A stretch of 63,401 nucleotides of DNA, filler included, from Octopus bimaculoides (lineage: Eukaryota): NCBI RefSeq assembly GCF_001194135.2. It is 4 parts of 4 records of this genome, joined end to end, with 100 filler letters (N's around TTAATTAATTAA, not from the genome) between each part and the next. Parts side by side here need not be neighbours in the genome. Positions count along the whole stretch, not along the records: positions 1 to 19,898 come from NC_068981.1; positions 19,999 to 42,750 come from NC_068991.1; 2 more parts are not named here. The stretch is one strand, 5' to 3'. Of the stretch, positions 14,464 through 26,953 are shown piece after piece; position 1 is the first letter of the stretch; every line of letters starts with the position of its first letter. The notes below the pieces were generated by a model. It searched no databases, was not told the DNA's origin, and saw only the letters and a list, made by a program, of their open reading frames with translations. Made by a program: the position numbers and the translations under genes.

Positions 14464-14754
14464 TTTATCTGGTTATACAAAATTACTGAAGTGAGTGTGT
14501 GTCTGTATATAACATCATATAGGTAGGTAGGTAGATACATAGATAGGTAGATACATAGGTAGATATAAACACACTCATGCATATACATACATGATTTATG
14601 TGTGTGTATGTTCTAATAGGCTTGTGTGGAGACATATATACATACATGTATAAGTATGAGTGGGTGTTATTGTGCACGTGTGTGTGTATTTATATATATT
14701 TATATACATACACCATATATGATATATGTGTGTGCATGAGCTGATACATCTGTG

Positions 14755-14803
<49 letters not shown>

Positions 14804-15449
14804 CAAATAAGAAAATGGAGAAGGTCTAAAATCGACAAACATCAGCCAGTAAACATTCCATTATAACTGTTTATTATATCTATTTATCTATAAATTAATA
14901 AATAGATACAGTGGAATGTTTACTGGATGGTGTTTGTTGATTTTATATCCTCTCCATTTTCTTATTTGCCTTATAAATCGTGGGTAAATTTCCCATTTAC
15001 CCCCACAGATACTTAGTATTAAACTGCAATAGTGCCATGCAATAAGTAAGCACTTGATTAAAAATACATAGGTACACATCCAGTAGTGTATTGAATATTT
15101 AACATCCCTTAGATAGTTTATTAACCTCTAACTCATACAGACATATATGTATGTATGTATGTATATATATATATATATAAACACACAAACATACACAAGT
15201 GGATGTTGGTGTGCACGTGTGTATGCATATAATTTCACATGTGCACACAAGTGTATTTGTGTACTAAAAAAAGTTTTTTTCCAACTTCTATAACCAAGTT
15301 TTTAATTATTTTTTAAAAAATCACCTGTGACTGCCAGTAAGAGCAATAATCTCTTAATGGACAGTATTCTGTTATTTAGCTGCATTAAGCTATTCACACA
15401 TACAGTGCAAAGTATAACACAAACACACGCGTCTACTTGCATGTATATA

Positions 15450-15845
15450 TCATCATTGTTTAATGTCCTCTTTTCTATGAGTGCATGAACAAAATGGTAA
15501 ATGTTGAAGCTGATTTTCTACAGCTGGTTACCTTTCCTGTTACCAGTCTGTGCCTGTTTCCAAGCAAGGTAATATTTCTTAGTGGATGGACATGTTTTAT
15601 ACAAGATTGAAAACAAAGAACTTGTATGATGTTCATATGATGGTGACATTTGCTTTCAACTGTTGCATTGAACGTGTGTGTGTGTGTGTGTGTGTGTGTG
15701 AAGAGGTTGGTATTAGGAAGGGCATTCTGCTGTAGAAATCATGTCAAAACTGACAATGGAACGTAGTATGGCTCCTAGCTTTGCCAGCTCTTGTCAAACC
15801 ATCCAACTCATACCAGCATGGAAAACATATGTTAATTGATGATGA

Positions 15846-15931
<86 letters not shown>

Positions 15932-16373
15932 TACTCATGATGGTCTTCTTTTAGTCTTCATTGACAAAATCCGCTCATAAAGCTTTGGTCAGCACTGAGC
16001 TGTAGTAGAAGACACTAGCACATGGTGGCACGCAGTGTTAATCAACCTGAATCTTGTGGCTAGGAAGCAAACATTGTATATGTGTGTGAGAGTGAGCATA
16101 CAGATATGCTTATGTGTTTATAATTATATCTGTAGCTAAGTTTGTTTTATGAACCAACAAAACTTTAAGATGCATATCAACTAATATATATATATTTATG
16201 TTTATCCGTATATATGTGTGTATGTGTATATGTACATACACAAGTGTGTGTGTGTGTGTGTGTGTGTGTATAACAGACAGTGAAGTCTGGTGCAGTCTTC
16301 TTGCTTGCTATAGTTCCTGTCAAACCATCCAACTCATACCACCATGGAAAGTGGGTGTTAGATGATGATGATG

Positions 16374-16405
<32 letters not shown>

Positions 16406-16735
16406 GTGTATGTATAAACATAATATGGTTCTAGGCTATCTCACTGTGTGGCATCCTAGACAAGTGTTTTCTAGTATAGTCTTGTGAGCGGATTTGGTTG
16501 ACAGGAACTGCATGATGCCCATCATGTGTGTGTTTGTGTTTGTCCCCCACTACTTGTTGACAACCAGATTAACTTTGTTTATGCCCCCATAACTTAGCAG
16601 TTCATGAAAAGAGACAAATAGAATAAGTACAAGGCTCTAAAAAAAAAAAGTAACTACTGAGGTTTTCTTTCAACTTTGATCCTTGAAAGCAGTATCCCCA
16701 GTATGGTTGTAGTCCAAAGACAGAGATAAGTAGAA
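15450..16735. repeat. Cluster of diverged RTE tails, SINE-C fragments and (CA)/(TG)/(TA) microsatellites
   Basis: RTE-tail-like pieces at ~15450-15600 (-), 15700-15845 (+) and 16280-16375 (+); SINE-C at 15940-16072 (-) and 16420-16735 (+). Confidence 0.6.
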
Positions 16736-16945
16736 AAATAAAAGAATATATACATGCACACACACACACATGTATTGTAAGCTACATATATTATATATAG
16801 CGCAAATGCTCATATGGAACTGAATATTTTGAGCAGAGTGGACATATCTGTACTCTGTGTGTGCGTGTATCTATCTATTTATCATATATACATACATAGG
16901 TAAAAGTATGTGTATTATATCTATGTATATGTATGTTTACCATAT

Positions 16946-18305
16946 ATCATCATCATCATCGTTTAACGTCCGCTCTCCATGCTAGCATGGGTTGGACAAT
17001 TTGACTGAGGACTGGTGAAACCGGATGGCAACACCAGGCTCCAATCTAATTTGGCAGAGTTTCAACAGCTGGATGCCCTTCCTAACGCCAACCACTCAGA
17101 GAGTGTAGTGGGTGCTTTTACGTGTCACCCGCACGAAAACGGCCACGCTTGAAATGGTGTCTTTTATGTGTCACCCGCACAAGAGCCAGTCCAGGGGCAC
17201 TGGCAACAATCTCGCTCGAAAACCCTACAGAGGCCAGTCAGGTGGTACTGGCAACGGTCACGCTCAAGATGGTACATCTTANNNNNNNNNNNNNNNNNNN
17301 NNNNNNNNNNNNNNNNNNNNNNNNNNNNNNNNNNNNNNNNNNNNNNNNNNNNNNNNNNNNNNNNNNNNNNNNNNNNNNNNNNNNNNNNNNNNNNNNNNNN
17401 NNNNNNNNNNNNNNNNNNNNNNNNNNNNNNNNNNNNNNNNNNNNNNNNNNNNNNNNNNNNNNNNNNNNNNNNNNNNNNNNNNNNNNNNNNNNNNNNNNNN
17501 NNNNNNNNNNNNNNNNNNNNNNNNNNNNNNNNNNNNNNNNNNNNNNNNNNNNNNNNNNNNNNNNNNNNNNNNNNNNNNNNNNNNNNNNNNNNNNNNNNNN
17601 NNNNNNNNNNNNNNNNNNNNNNNNNNNNNNNNNNNNNNNNNNNNNNNNNNNNNNNNNNNNNNNNNNNNNNNNNNNNNNNNNNNNNNNNNNNNNNNNNNNN
17701 NNNNNNNNNNNNNNNNNNNNNNNNNNNNNNNNNNNNNNNNNNNNNNNNNNNNNNNNNNNNNNNNNNNNNNNNNNNNNNNNNNNNNNNNNNNNNNNNNNNN
17801 NNNNNNNNNNNNNNNNNNNNNNNNNNNNNNNNNNNNNNNNNNNNNNNNNNNNNNNNNNNNNNNNNNNNNNNNNNNNNNNNNNNNNNNNNNNNNNNNNNNN
17901 NNNNNNNNNNNNNNNNNNNNNNNNNNNNNNNNNNNNNNNNNTAGCATGGCTGTTCATACACATGCGTCATACAGTCTGCCTTTTACTCTGAGTGAGAGTC
18001 CCTTTGTCGCCAGCAGAGGTAAGAGCTCTCTAAACTTTGCCCAGGCTATTCTTATTCTAGCAGCTACACTTTCAGCGCACTCACCCCCACTACTAACTTG
18101 GTCACCCATATAGCAGAAGCTATCAACTACCTCTAGTTTTTCTCCCTGGAATGAGATAGAAGTTGTTTCCTGTTTGTTTACAGTGTTTATTGAGCCTGAA
18201 CATCTGCCACATACAAAAACTAACTTCATAGTTAATCTGCCTTTAATATTGCTGCACCTCTTATGTGTCTATAGCTTGCACCGGGTACATCTTATAGAGT
18301 TACTA
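16946..18305 (-). mobile_element. 5'-truncated RTE-clade LINE (internal N gap)
   Basis: NSIRCTRCKL*THKRCS...FVCGRC, LEVVDSFCYMGD, AWAKFRELLPLL..KGLSLRVKGRLYDACV at 17942-18305; 3' UTR and (ATG)n tail at 16946-17281. Confidence 0.9.
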
Positions 18306-19618
18306 CCTACTCCTGTATATACATATATATATATATAGGTAAAAGTATGTATATTATATCTATTTATATGTACAACTATGTATGTGTGTAGTAATCATAT
18401 ATATAGATATATAGGTAAAAGTATGTATATTACATCTATGTATATGTATGTCTGTTAATCATATGCATATATTTATTTATTCATACATTTTTTCACCATA
18501 TTGTTATTCCTAGGCTACACTTTCAGTGATACTTTCAGTATCTTTTTTCAAATATATTTCTCTCAAGTTTAATAATAATCATAATAATAATAATAGTATA
18601 AATTGTAGTGTTCTTTCTATCATTTGTCTACTATTTTTGTTTTTTTCTACTTCTTCATAAAATATTTCACTTTTGAGTCCAGATAAACCTTTCTCAGATG
18701 TTTAACATAGCTTATCCTCTACATTTTCTTGTTTCTCTTTGTCACATTTTTTATTTCCTAGGAAAACAGCCCTTTTGTTAGGTCTTTCTCAGAGTTTTCT
18801 ATTTCTTGTTGCTTATAATACAGCTGTAGAAGTCTTCAAAAATCAAATGTTTGTCTTGTTTCAGTTACCAACCTCATTCTAAATCATGAAACTGCCTATA
18901 AACATAAACATACTTATACATTTGTCTTTAATTATGTCCAGTTTCCATTGAATTACTTACTACTTAACTCTTTAAAAGCACAAAATCAAGTTTATGCAAT
19001 GGAATTTAACACTTCAGTTATAATTTCAAGTTTTATTTTTCTTCAATTACCCAATCCATATGTTCTTAATATTTTTGTTGTTGGCCTTATATAGAAATAG
19101 AGATCAAAGTATTGCCAAAATAAAGAATAAGGAAAAGAAGTTATTTCCCAGTGCGTCTCTAATCATAGCATTCTAACCGAAATCACCAATATTTTCTTTT
19201 CTTTATTATTTGATCAACTGCAAACCTGTTACCTATTTTAATACTCAACATTTATGACCTCTATTATTTTCAACATCTGGTCAGCAAGCCTTTCTTCTCA
19301 GCATTTTATTTTCATAGCTTAAGTGCCATCATTCTTGGCTTTAGATCAGTTGACAATGGTAAATAATACAATAGATTCGTTTTAATCACTACTTATTTTG
19401 AAAATAATGTTTTGAACGACAATCTGCTTAGGTCTCTAAGTTAGAATACAAAATATTTAACATGGAGACATGAGTGCTTGTCCTCCCTGTAAACAGTTGT
19501 ATTTTGCTATTTGTGAACCTACTTCATATTGTCAGAAACTCATATTGAACATTTGTTAAAATAACAGTTGATCATTTAGATTTTTACTTTCTTTACCAAA
19601 TATGATTTTATTAGTTTA

Positions 19619-19709
19619 CTAGCAGAAATACCCGGCGTTGCCCGGGTTAAAGAGAATAATGAAATCTAAAAACGCCGTCTAGACTACGCGTCATCTTTAT
19701 ATATAGAGA
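19619..19709 (-). mobile_element. 91-bp non-autonomous Helitron
   Basis: On minus strand: A|TC start, CCCGGGCAACGCCGGG hairpin near the 3' end, terminal CTAG|T, no TSD. Confidence 0.7.
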
Positions 19710-19998
19710 TGTATATACACACACGCACCCAAACACACGTATATATATGTATATCAATATAAATATATGAAAGTCAATGAAGTTTCGTAAAAGAAGGTGA
19801 TCATGTACATACTTTCTTGCTGTTGTGATTATAACACCTCATTGTAAACTATGTTCCTTGTTTTCCCTTGTGGAGCATATACAAATAGGTTTTTTGTTNN
19901 NNNNNNNNNNNNNNNNNNNNNNNNNNNNNNNNNNNNNNNNNNTTAATTAATTAANNNNNNNNNNNNNNNNNNNNNNNNNNNNNNNNNNNNNNNNNNNN

Positions 19999-20241
19999 GG
20001 CACATAAAAGACACCATTTCGAGTGTGGCCGTTGCCAGTATCGCCTGACTGGCCTTCGTGCAGGTGACACGTAAAAGCACCTACTACACTCTCTGAGTGG
20101 TTGGCGTTAGGAAGGGCATCCAGCTGTAGAAACTCTGCCAAATTTAGATTGGAGCCTGGTGTTGCCATCCGGTTTCACCAGTCCTCAGTCAAATCGTCCA
20201 ACCCATGCTAGCATGGAAAGCGGACGTTAAACGATGATGAT
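19999..20241 (+). mobile_element. RTE LINE 3' end, young subfamily
   Basis: Near-exact reverse complement of 166-354 and 16946-17170; ends GTTAAACGATGATGAT. Confidence 0.85.
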
Positions 20242-20289
20242 ATGCGCATACACACGCACACATATACATCTGCATACACACACACATAC

Positions 20290-20995
20290 ATCATCATCAT
20301 CGTTTAATGTCCATTTTCCATGCTAGCATGAGTTGGACGGTTCAACCAGGGTCTGGGAAGCCAGGAGGCTGCACCAGGCTCCAATATGATCTGGCAGTGT
20401 TTCTACATCTGGATGCCCTTCCTAACAACCAACCACTCCATGGGTGCCTTTTACATGCCATTGGCATAGGGGCCAGAGGAGGCTGGCAATGGCCACAATC
20501 GGTTGGTGCTTTTTACGTGCCACCGGCACAGAAGCTAGTCAAGGCAGCGCTGTCATTGGCCATGTTCAGATGGTGCTTTTTACATGCTACCAGCATGGGT
20601 ATCACAACTAAAATTTCTATTTGATTTTAATTTTGAAGTTGATGTACTTGACTCAATAAGTCTCAAGCACAGCAGGTCACCCTACAATCCAAGGTAAACA
20701 CAGCAGGTCGCCCTACAATCCAAGGTACTTTTAAATGGGCTGGGGCTGATTATGCGAAACTGGTGTAGGATACAGCAGTAAACTCACTTTATTTGCTGGT
20801 CTTCGCAGTTAAAGCATATCTCCAGAGGTCTCGGTCTTTCGTCATTGCTTCTGTGAGGTCCAACATTCAGAGGTCATGCTTGACCACCTTATCCCATGTC
20901 TTCCTGGGTCTACCTCTACCCTGGATTCCTTCAACTGTTTGGGAGTGGCACTTCTTCGCACATCTCTCCTCATCCATCTGTAGTACATGACCATG
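20290..20995 (-). mobile_element. RTE LINE 3' end, second subfamily, with ORF C-terminus
   Basis: 20995-20789 reads HGHVLQMDEE...VEGIQGRGRPRKTWDKVVKHDL*MLDLTEAMTKDRDLWRY; (ATG)n tail at ~20290. Confidence 0.88.
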
Positions 20996-21630
20996 CCAGT
21001 GCAAACATCTACACACATATATACAAATTTACACATAAACACATACATAGAAATACACATATATATATACATCCACACATGCAAAAAAGACAATACATGC
21101 ATATACAGCAAAGAAAATACATATATGGTTTTTTTCATATATGTGCACCTGTTGCATTATATTCTATTATGCACACGTGGCCTTGTTTACATTATACTTC
21201 GTCTTGACCTGTTACTATTTCTTTAAAAATCTCCAATAGATTTTTATTTTTATGTCATAGTTTACTGCACATATAAACTTGCATACACATTGATATGTCC
21301 TCCTTCCTCTTTTTCATCTTTCACTATTATTATAATTAATATTTTTCCCTTTTACAGCTTGTCTGTAAATATACAATTTTTCCCTATTACTCCATCTGTA
21401 TTCCCCCTTATTTTTATCTTATTTTATTACACCTTTTTTTTGATGTTCTTCCAAAAATTCCTCACAGTGATGAGAATGACAATGCATAAATTTGATAATA
21501 ATTACTATGATTATAACTTTTTTTCTTACATATTTGTATTGTCTACAATTTTGTATTAAATCAAATTTTTGATTCAACAACTTTTTTTCCTTCATTTTTA
21601 TGTATGTATGTGTGTGTGTGTGTGTATATA

Positions 21631-21820
21631 TGTTTGTCCCCCCAACATCGCTTGACAACTGATGCTGTTTACGACTCCGTAACTTAGTGGTTCGGCAAAA
21701 GAGACCGATACAATAAGTACTCGGCTTACAAAGAATAAGTCCTGGGGTTGATTTGCTCAACTAAAGGTGGTGCTCCAGCATGGCCGCAGTCAAATGACTG
21801 AAACAAGTAAAAGAGTACAG
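21631..21820 (+). mobile_element. 3' half of SINE family C
   Basis: ...CAGCATGGCCGCAGTCAAATGACTGAAACAAGTAAAAGAG end, as in 43896-44325. Confidence 0.8.
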
Positions 21821-21825
21821 ACAGA

Positions 21826-21857
<32 letters not shown>

Positions 21858-22181
21858 NNNNNNNNNNNNNNNNNNNNNNNNNNNNNNNNNNNNNNNNNNN
21901 NNNNNNNNNNNNNNNNNNNNNNNNNNNNNNNNNNNNNNNNNNNNNNNNNNNNNNNNNNNNNNNNNNNNNNNNNNNNNNNNNNNNNNNNNNNNNNNNNNNN
22001 NNNNNNNNNNNNNNNNNNNNNNNNNNNNNNNNNNNNNNNNNNNNNNNNNNNNNNNNNNNNNNNNNNNNNNNNNNNNNNNNNNNNNNNNNNNNNNNNNNNN
22101 NNNNNNNNNNNNNNNNNNNNNNNNNNNNNNNNNNNNNNNNNNNNNNNNNNNNNNNNNNNNNNNNNNNNNNNNNNNNNNNNN

Positions 22182-22215
<34 letters not shown>

Positions 22216-24719
22216 CATATATATATACATACACACACATATATAATACACATATACACACACACACATATATATATAATACATATACACAAACAGACAC
22301 ACACACATACATACATATATATATATGTGTGTGTGTATGTGTGTGTGAGTGCGCTGCATGACTAATTTATCGATTTAGGAAGAGCTAACGTCAAAGTAAC
22401 CAAACCACAGTCTAATATTTTTAAGTGAGAGAAAAGTACGAGCGACAGACACAAAACATAAAACTGTCATCGACATAAAAGACATTTCTAAAATTAGTCA
22501 TATATGGTGGGAAGATCAGCATGGTAACGTCTTTCTGCTTCTTGTTTCAATTTCAATGATACGAAGTAAAAGTTATTATTTAAAAGAAAATAATGGTGAC
22601 TAGAGAGAAACAGAGAGGCGTTATATTTCAGAATATAAACGGAAGAATGAGGTTTTCATTTGCAAAGCTACAGCTGTGTCATCAATCTTAGATATTCAAT
22701 GAATTGTGTTGCACTTTCTTTCAAGAAAATACTCAACCTAAAATTGAAATAATTTGTGAAACACAAACAGAAAGAGAAATGTTTAAAACAGATTTGTTTT
22801 CATGCTACATTATACATACATCGTACAATTATGTTCCTATCTCCCTTCTTACTGCTGTCGGCTCTTGTGTTTTGCTATTAAAGACTTTCGAAAAAGAAAA
22901 CAAAACTACTTCGTTCACAAAACAACTTCGTTCAGGTTTTGTTATTTTCTGAGGAAACCACATAGGTGGCGCTACTGGGACACAGACGGGATAATAGAGT
23001 TATCCCCCTTACAGGCTATGTCGTCATTACTGCTTATAAACAATTTTGGATACACGTGTTTATATCTCTTTTACTTTTTTGTCATCTAACTGCAGCCATG
23101 CTGGGGTATATATTCATAACTATATGTACACATATGCAAGTAGACATACGAAAGAAAAAGGCACTCATTTAGTATTATTTAAAACAGTTTCATTTGGCTC
23201 TCTGCGTATTATAGTTTCGCAGGCTCTAAGTCGCATGGGGCCGTATCAAACTATTTGTATTATAACAATAATAATAAAAGCGAAATTCTGTCTGTCTATC
23301 TGGGACCTCTATCTCAGTCTACATTTGCTCTACATAGGCATATACTTTCATGGAATTGAAAAATCTACCCTTCATTTGGTTCTTGAGCATCCAGCATTGG
23401 AATCTAGTTTAAAGGCACTTGGGTTGCTATTTCTAGCAGGTAAAACTCAGCTGATTCATGTCATGTTGACGTCAGAGATCAAGGGGGAGATAAATGACAT
23501 TCACTTCGTTAATTCTACGTCGTGATGAGAATATTCTGGCAAATTCGCCAGCAGTTGGAATTCAACATGAGACTGAAACAATAGAGTGATTGCGTTACAG
23601 AATTAATTCTCATCCGTCTTTAACTTCTGATCAAACACCACCGGGACATATATAGTCATTATCGATGTTCTATAATCAAGCTATTTAGGCCACAGACCCA
23701 ATTAGCCCCCTGCAGGAGCTTACTTAAAAGTCGACACAGAATACGGCTTTGCCGGGCAATTTTCACAATAGATGAGGATTTTTCATATTAGTCTTCTACT
23801 ACACCCTTGCAGATGTGGTGGTGGGGGACTTTTTATGAAAAAAGTTTTCGAAAATTTATAAATTCCCCCTCGCCACTTCCAGACCGATTTTGTCCAATTG
23901 TTTATTTTATGGGGGGGGGGCATTATGCACTTATTAACAATGGGAGGCACCCTTTCAGTAAAGAGAAAATTTTTTTGAAATTTAATGAATATTTTTCAAA
24001 TTCCCCTGCCCCACTCAGTACCCGATTTTTGCTTGTTTTTTATGTTTTTTTAAAAAAAAACAAAAAAATCATAAGAAAATATTTATTAATGAATAGAGTT
24101 ACGGAAATTAGAAGTGGAGGTAAAAGTAAAAAAAGAAAAAATTTCATCTTAGAATTTACCTTCAGCCAAGCGACAAGAATTGGTGTGGAAGGCCACTGCA
24201 AATAAATAGTCAGAATTTATGATAATACTTTGGTGTTGAAGCCAAAATAAGTGTGCAACATGGACTGGAGTGGCTTTCTGGGTTTCCAGAAACTTGTGTG
24301 TGTTTGTGCTTGTGTGCATGTATGCATGTGCACATGTATGGATGTATGCACACTCATGAATACATGCATGTATGTATGTGTGCATGCATGCAAGTGAGCA
24401 GTCAAATAAAGGAAAGTGGTACATTTGGTAGGAGTTACAAACATTATTTAATAGCAGTTTGACTCAGCTCCATATGACATAAAGTTTTGTGGGCTCATAG
24501 AACAAACCCAATTCATCAGATATCTTGAGAAGAGAAATGGGGTTTGAGACAAATTTAAGATAGATTTTGAATGTTAGGCCTCACCTATCCATCATAGTCC
24601 TCTAAGCAACCACTGAAGAGTTTAAGACTGGTGGCACCCCACCCTCATAGTGATCCCCTCTTCACCAAGCAGGAAGCTGATCCTCCAGCTACCCCAGCGT
24701 TCAGTCCTACAGCAATTTC

Positions 24720-24918
24720 AATTGTGCAGGTGGCACAAAAAAATAGCCCCAGTCCACACTGTAAGGTGGTTAGTATTAGGAAGGGCATCCAGCCATAAAA
24801 CCCATGCTGAAGCAGACATTAGTACTCGATGCAGTCCTTGGACACATTGGTTCTTGTCAAACCATCCAACTCATGCCAGTATGGAACATGGATGTTAAAT
24901 GATGATGATGATGATGAT
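24720..24918 (+). mobile_element. Diverged RTE tail
   Basis: TTAGGAAGGGCATCCAG...CAAACCATCCAAC..GTTAAATGATGATGATG. Confidence 0.7.
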
Positions 24919-24997
24919 GAGCTAGAAGAAGGAGGAGGAGGGAAGGGGTGCACGGTGATGCATACATACGAATATATAGATATAATATATATCTTCT

Positions 24998-25209
24998 TTT
25001 CTACTCTAGGCACAAGGCCCAAAATTTTGGGGGCAGGGAGCCAGTAGATTAGATCAAGCCCAGTACAAACTGGTACTTAATTTATCAACTCCAAAAGAAT
25101 AAAAGGCAAAGTCGGCCTCAGCGGAATTTGAACTCAGAATGTAAAGACAGATGAAATACCGCTAAGCATTTCGCCCGGTATGCTAACATTTCTGCCAGCT
25201 CACCGCCTT
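24998..25209 (-). mobile_element. SINE family B with ~17-bp TSD
   Basis: Homology to other B copies; TATAATATATATCTTCT at 24981-24997 and 25211-25227. Confidence 0.8.
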
Positions 25210-26904
25210 ATATAATATATATCTTCTACTATATAAATGTGAGTGTATATGGTTATATAAATGTGTTTAGCCCAAAAATGCTCAGAAACAGTGCATCCTT
25301 GAGAAAAATGAATTTGATTTTTGAAATCTGCTTCCCAAAGATAATATTGTCCATAAATTATATTAAATAAATATGATTTGCTATGGGAAATAATTCAATT
25401 GTTAGATTGACAACTCTTCCACTACCTTTCATCATAAATCTATCATTATTTATCCACTTATACTCTGTGTATATGTATTAATTCTCATCTATTGCTTTCA
25501 TTTTGTTAATAATTTCATCTTCTAATGTTTACTTCCAATTTATTACGCACAAATCCTGCGCTCTAATTGGGTAAGAATGATCAAACTTCAAACCTCTATA
25601 ACATTTAACTAAAATTTTTCTGGAATAAATGAAATGCATGAAATAGTACATCAGTATATCAAAATTGAAAACTTTCACTTCACATTTTCAAACTTTAAAA
25701 TTTATGACAAAAACAGAAAAGATGTCTATCTTTTTCATTTTTCACTTTTCTCACAGTACACTTTCTCCTCTCTATACATTTTTACTACACTCTCTCTCAC
25801 TCTCTATAAAAGTATATTGCTTATGCTGAGTATGTTTGTGTGTGTGGGGGGGTCTGTCAGTGCATGTCTATTTGTTAGTGTGAGTGTATGCATGTGTGTC
25901 AGGAATTTTATTAGAGTGATTTAAATAAGTATGTAAAAGATGATTTATCTTAATAGCATACTTTTCTGGTAGTAAATATGTTTTTTTCTTACACACACAC
26001 ACGCAACACAACACACACACATNNNNNNNNNNNNNNNNNNNNNNNNNNNNNNNNNNNNNNNNNNNNNNNNNNNNNNNNNNNNNNNNNNNNNNNNNNNNNN
26101 NNNNNNNNNNNNNNNNNNNNNNNNNNNNNNNNNNNNNNNNNNNNNNNNNNNNNNNNNNNNNNNNNNNNNNNNNNNNNNNNNNNNNNNNNNNNNNNNNNNN
26201 NNNNNNNNNNNNNNNNNNNNNNNNNNNNNNNNNNNNNNNNNNNNNNNNNNNNNNNNNNNNNNNNNNNNNNNNNNNNNNNNNNNNNNNNNNNNNNNNNNNN
26301 NNNNNNNNNNNNNNNNNNNNNNNNNNNNNNNNNNNNNNNNNNNNNNNNNNNNNNNNNNNNNNNNNNNNNNNNNNNNNNNNNNNNNNNNNNNNNNNNNNNN
26401 NNNNNNNNNNNNNNNNNNNNNNNNNNNNNNNNNNNNNNNNNNNNNNNNTAATGAAATAATTAAAAAAGATTTCACTATTGTTTTTAATTACATCTCATTT
26501 TTTGTTTAAAAATAAAGGAAGTAGGAGTTGAAATGCTGATTTCCAAATTTTTTTTTTTAACCTGCAAGGCTTCTTCTTATCATTTTTAAGTGCATAGTGC
26601 CAAGAAGAAAAAAAAAATGGCCATAATCGAGAACTGAGTGGGGAAGGTGGGGGGAAAATGCATAAATTTTCAAATTTTTTTTTTTACTGTAAAGACATCT
26701 ACCATTGTTTTAAATGCAAAATCAGTTCAGAAGGTACTGGGGATAATGGATTCATAAATTTTCAAAAATTGTTTGCATAAAAAGCTTCTCACCATCATTT
26801 GGGAAAGTGTGGTGGAAAAAATTTTTTTTAATCCCCATCAAAATAGAGAAAACCCAACTTATGAGGGAGTACTATTCCGAAAGTCTGCCAAAGCATTTTA
26901 TTGT

Positions 26905-26939
26905 GAAAATTACCAAGCAACAATGGGATACTCAGCTAG
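26905..26939 (+). mobile_element. Helitron-type 3' terminus (5' end uncertain, possibly ~25222)
   Basis: ACCAAGCAACAATGGGATACTCAGCTAG|T resembles a CpG-decayed version of the 91-bp Helitron end CCCGGGCAACGCCGGGTATTTCTGCTAG|T. Confidence 0.4.
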
Positions 26940-26953
26940 TATATACATATATA

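Noticed and set aside
17112-18113. Long ORFs across N runs (also 21.7-22.4, 25.9-26.5, 43.1-44.0, 48.5-49.5 and 53.8-54.6 kb)
   Set aside because: Open only because N codons are not stops.
19943-19954. TTAATTAATTAA island inside an N gap (also 42795-42806 and 59094-59105)
   Set aside because: Each is flanked by 44 Ns on both sides (100 bp total) and has stops in all six frames: an artificial assembly spacer.
23260-24200. Possible Helitron/Helentron-like element
   Set aside because: Start resembles Helitron-N heads, but no hairpin-CTAG end or TIR was found; left unassigned.
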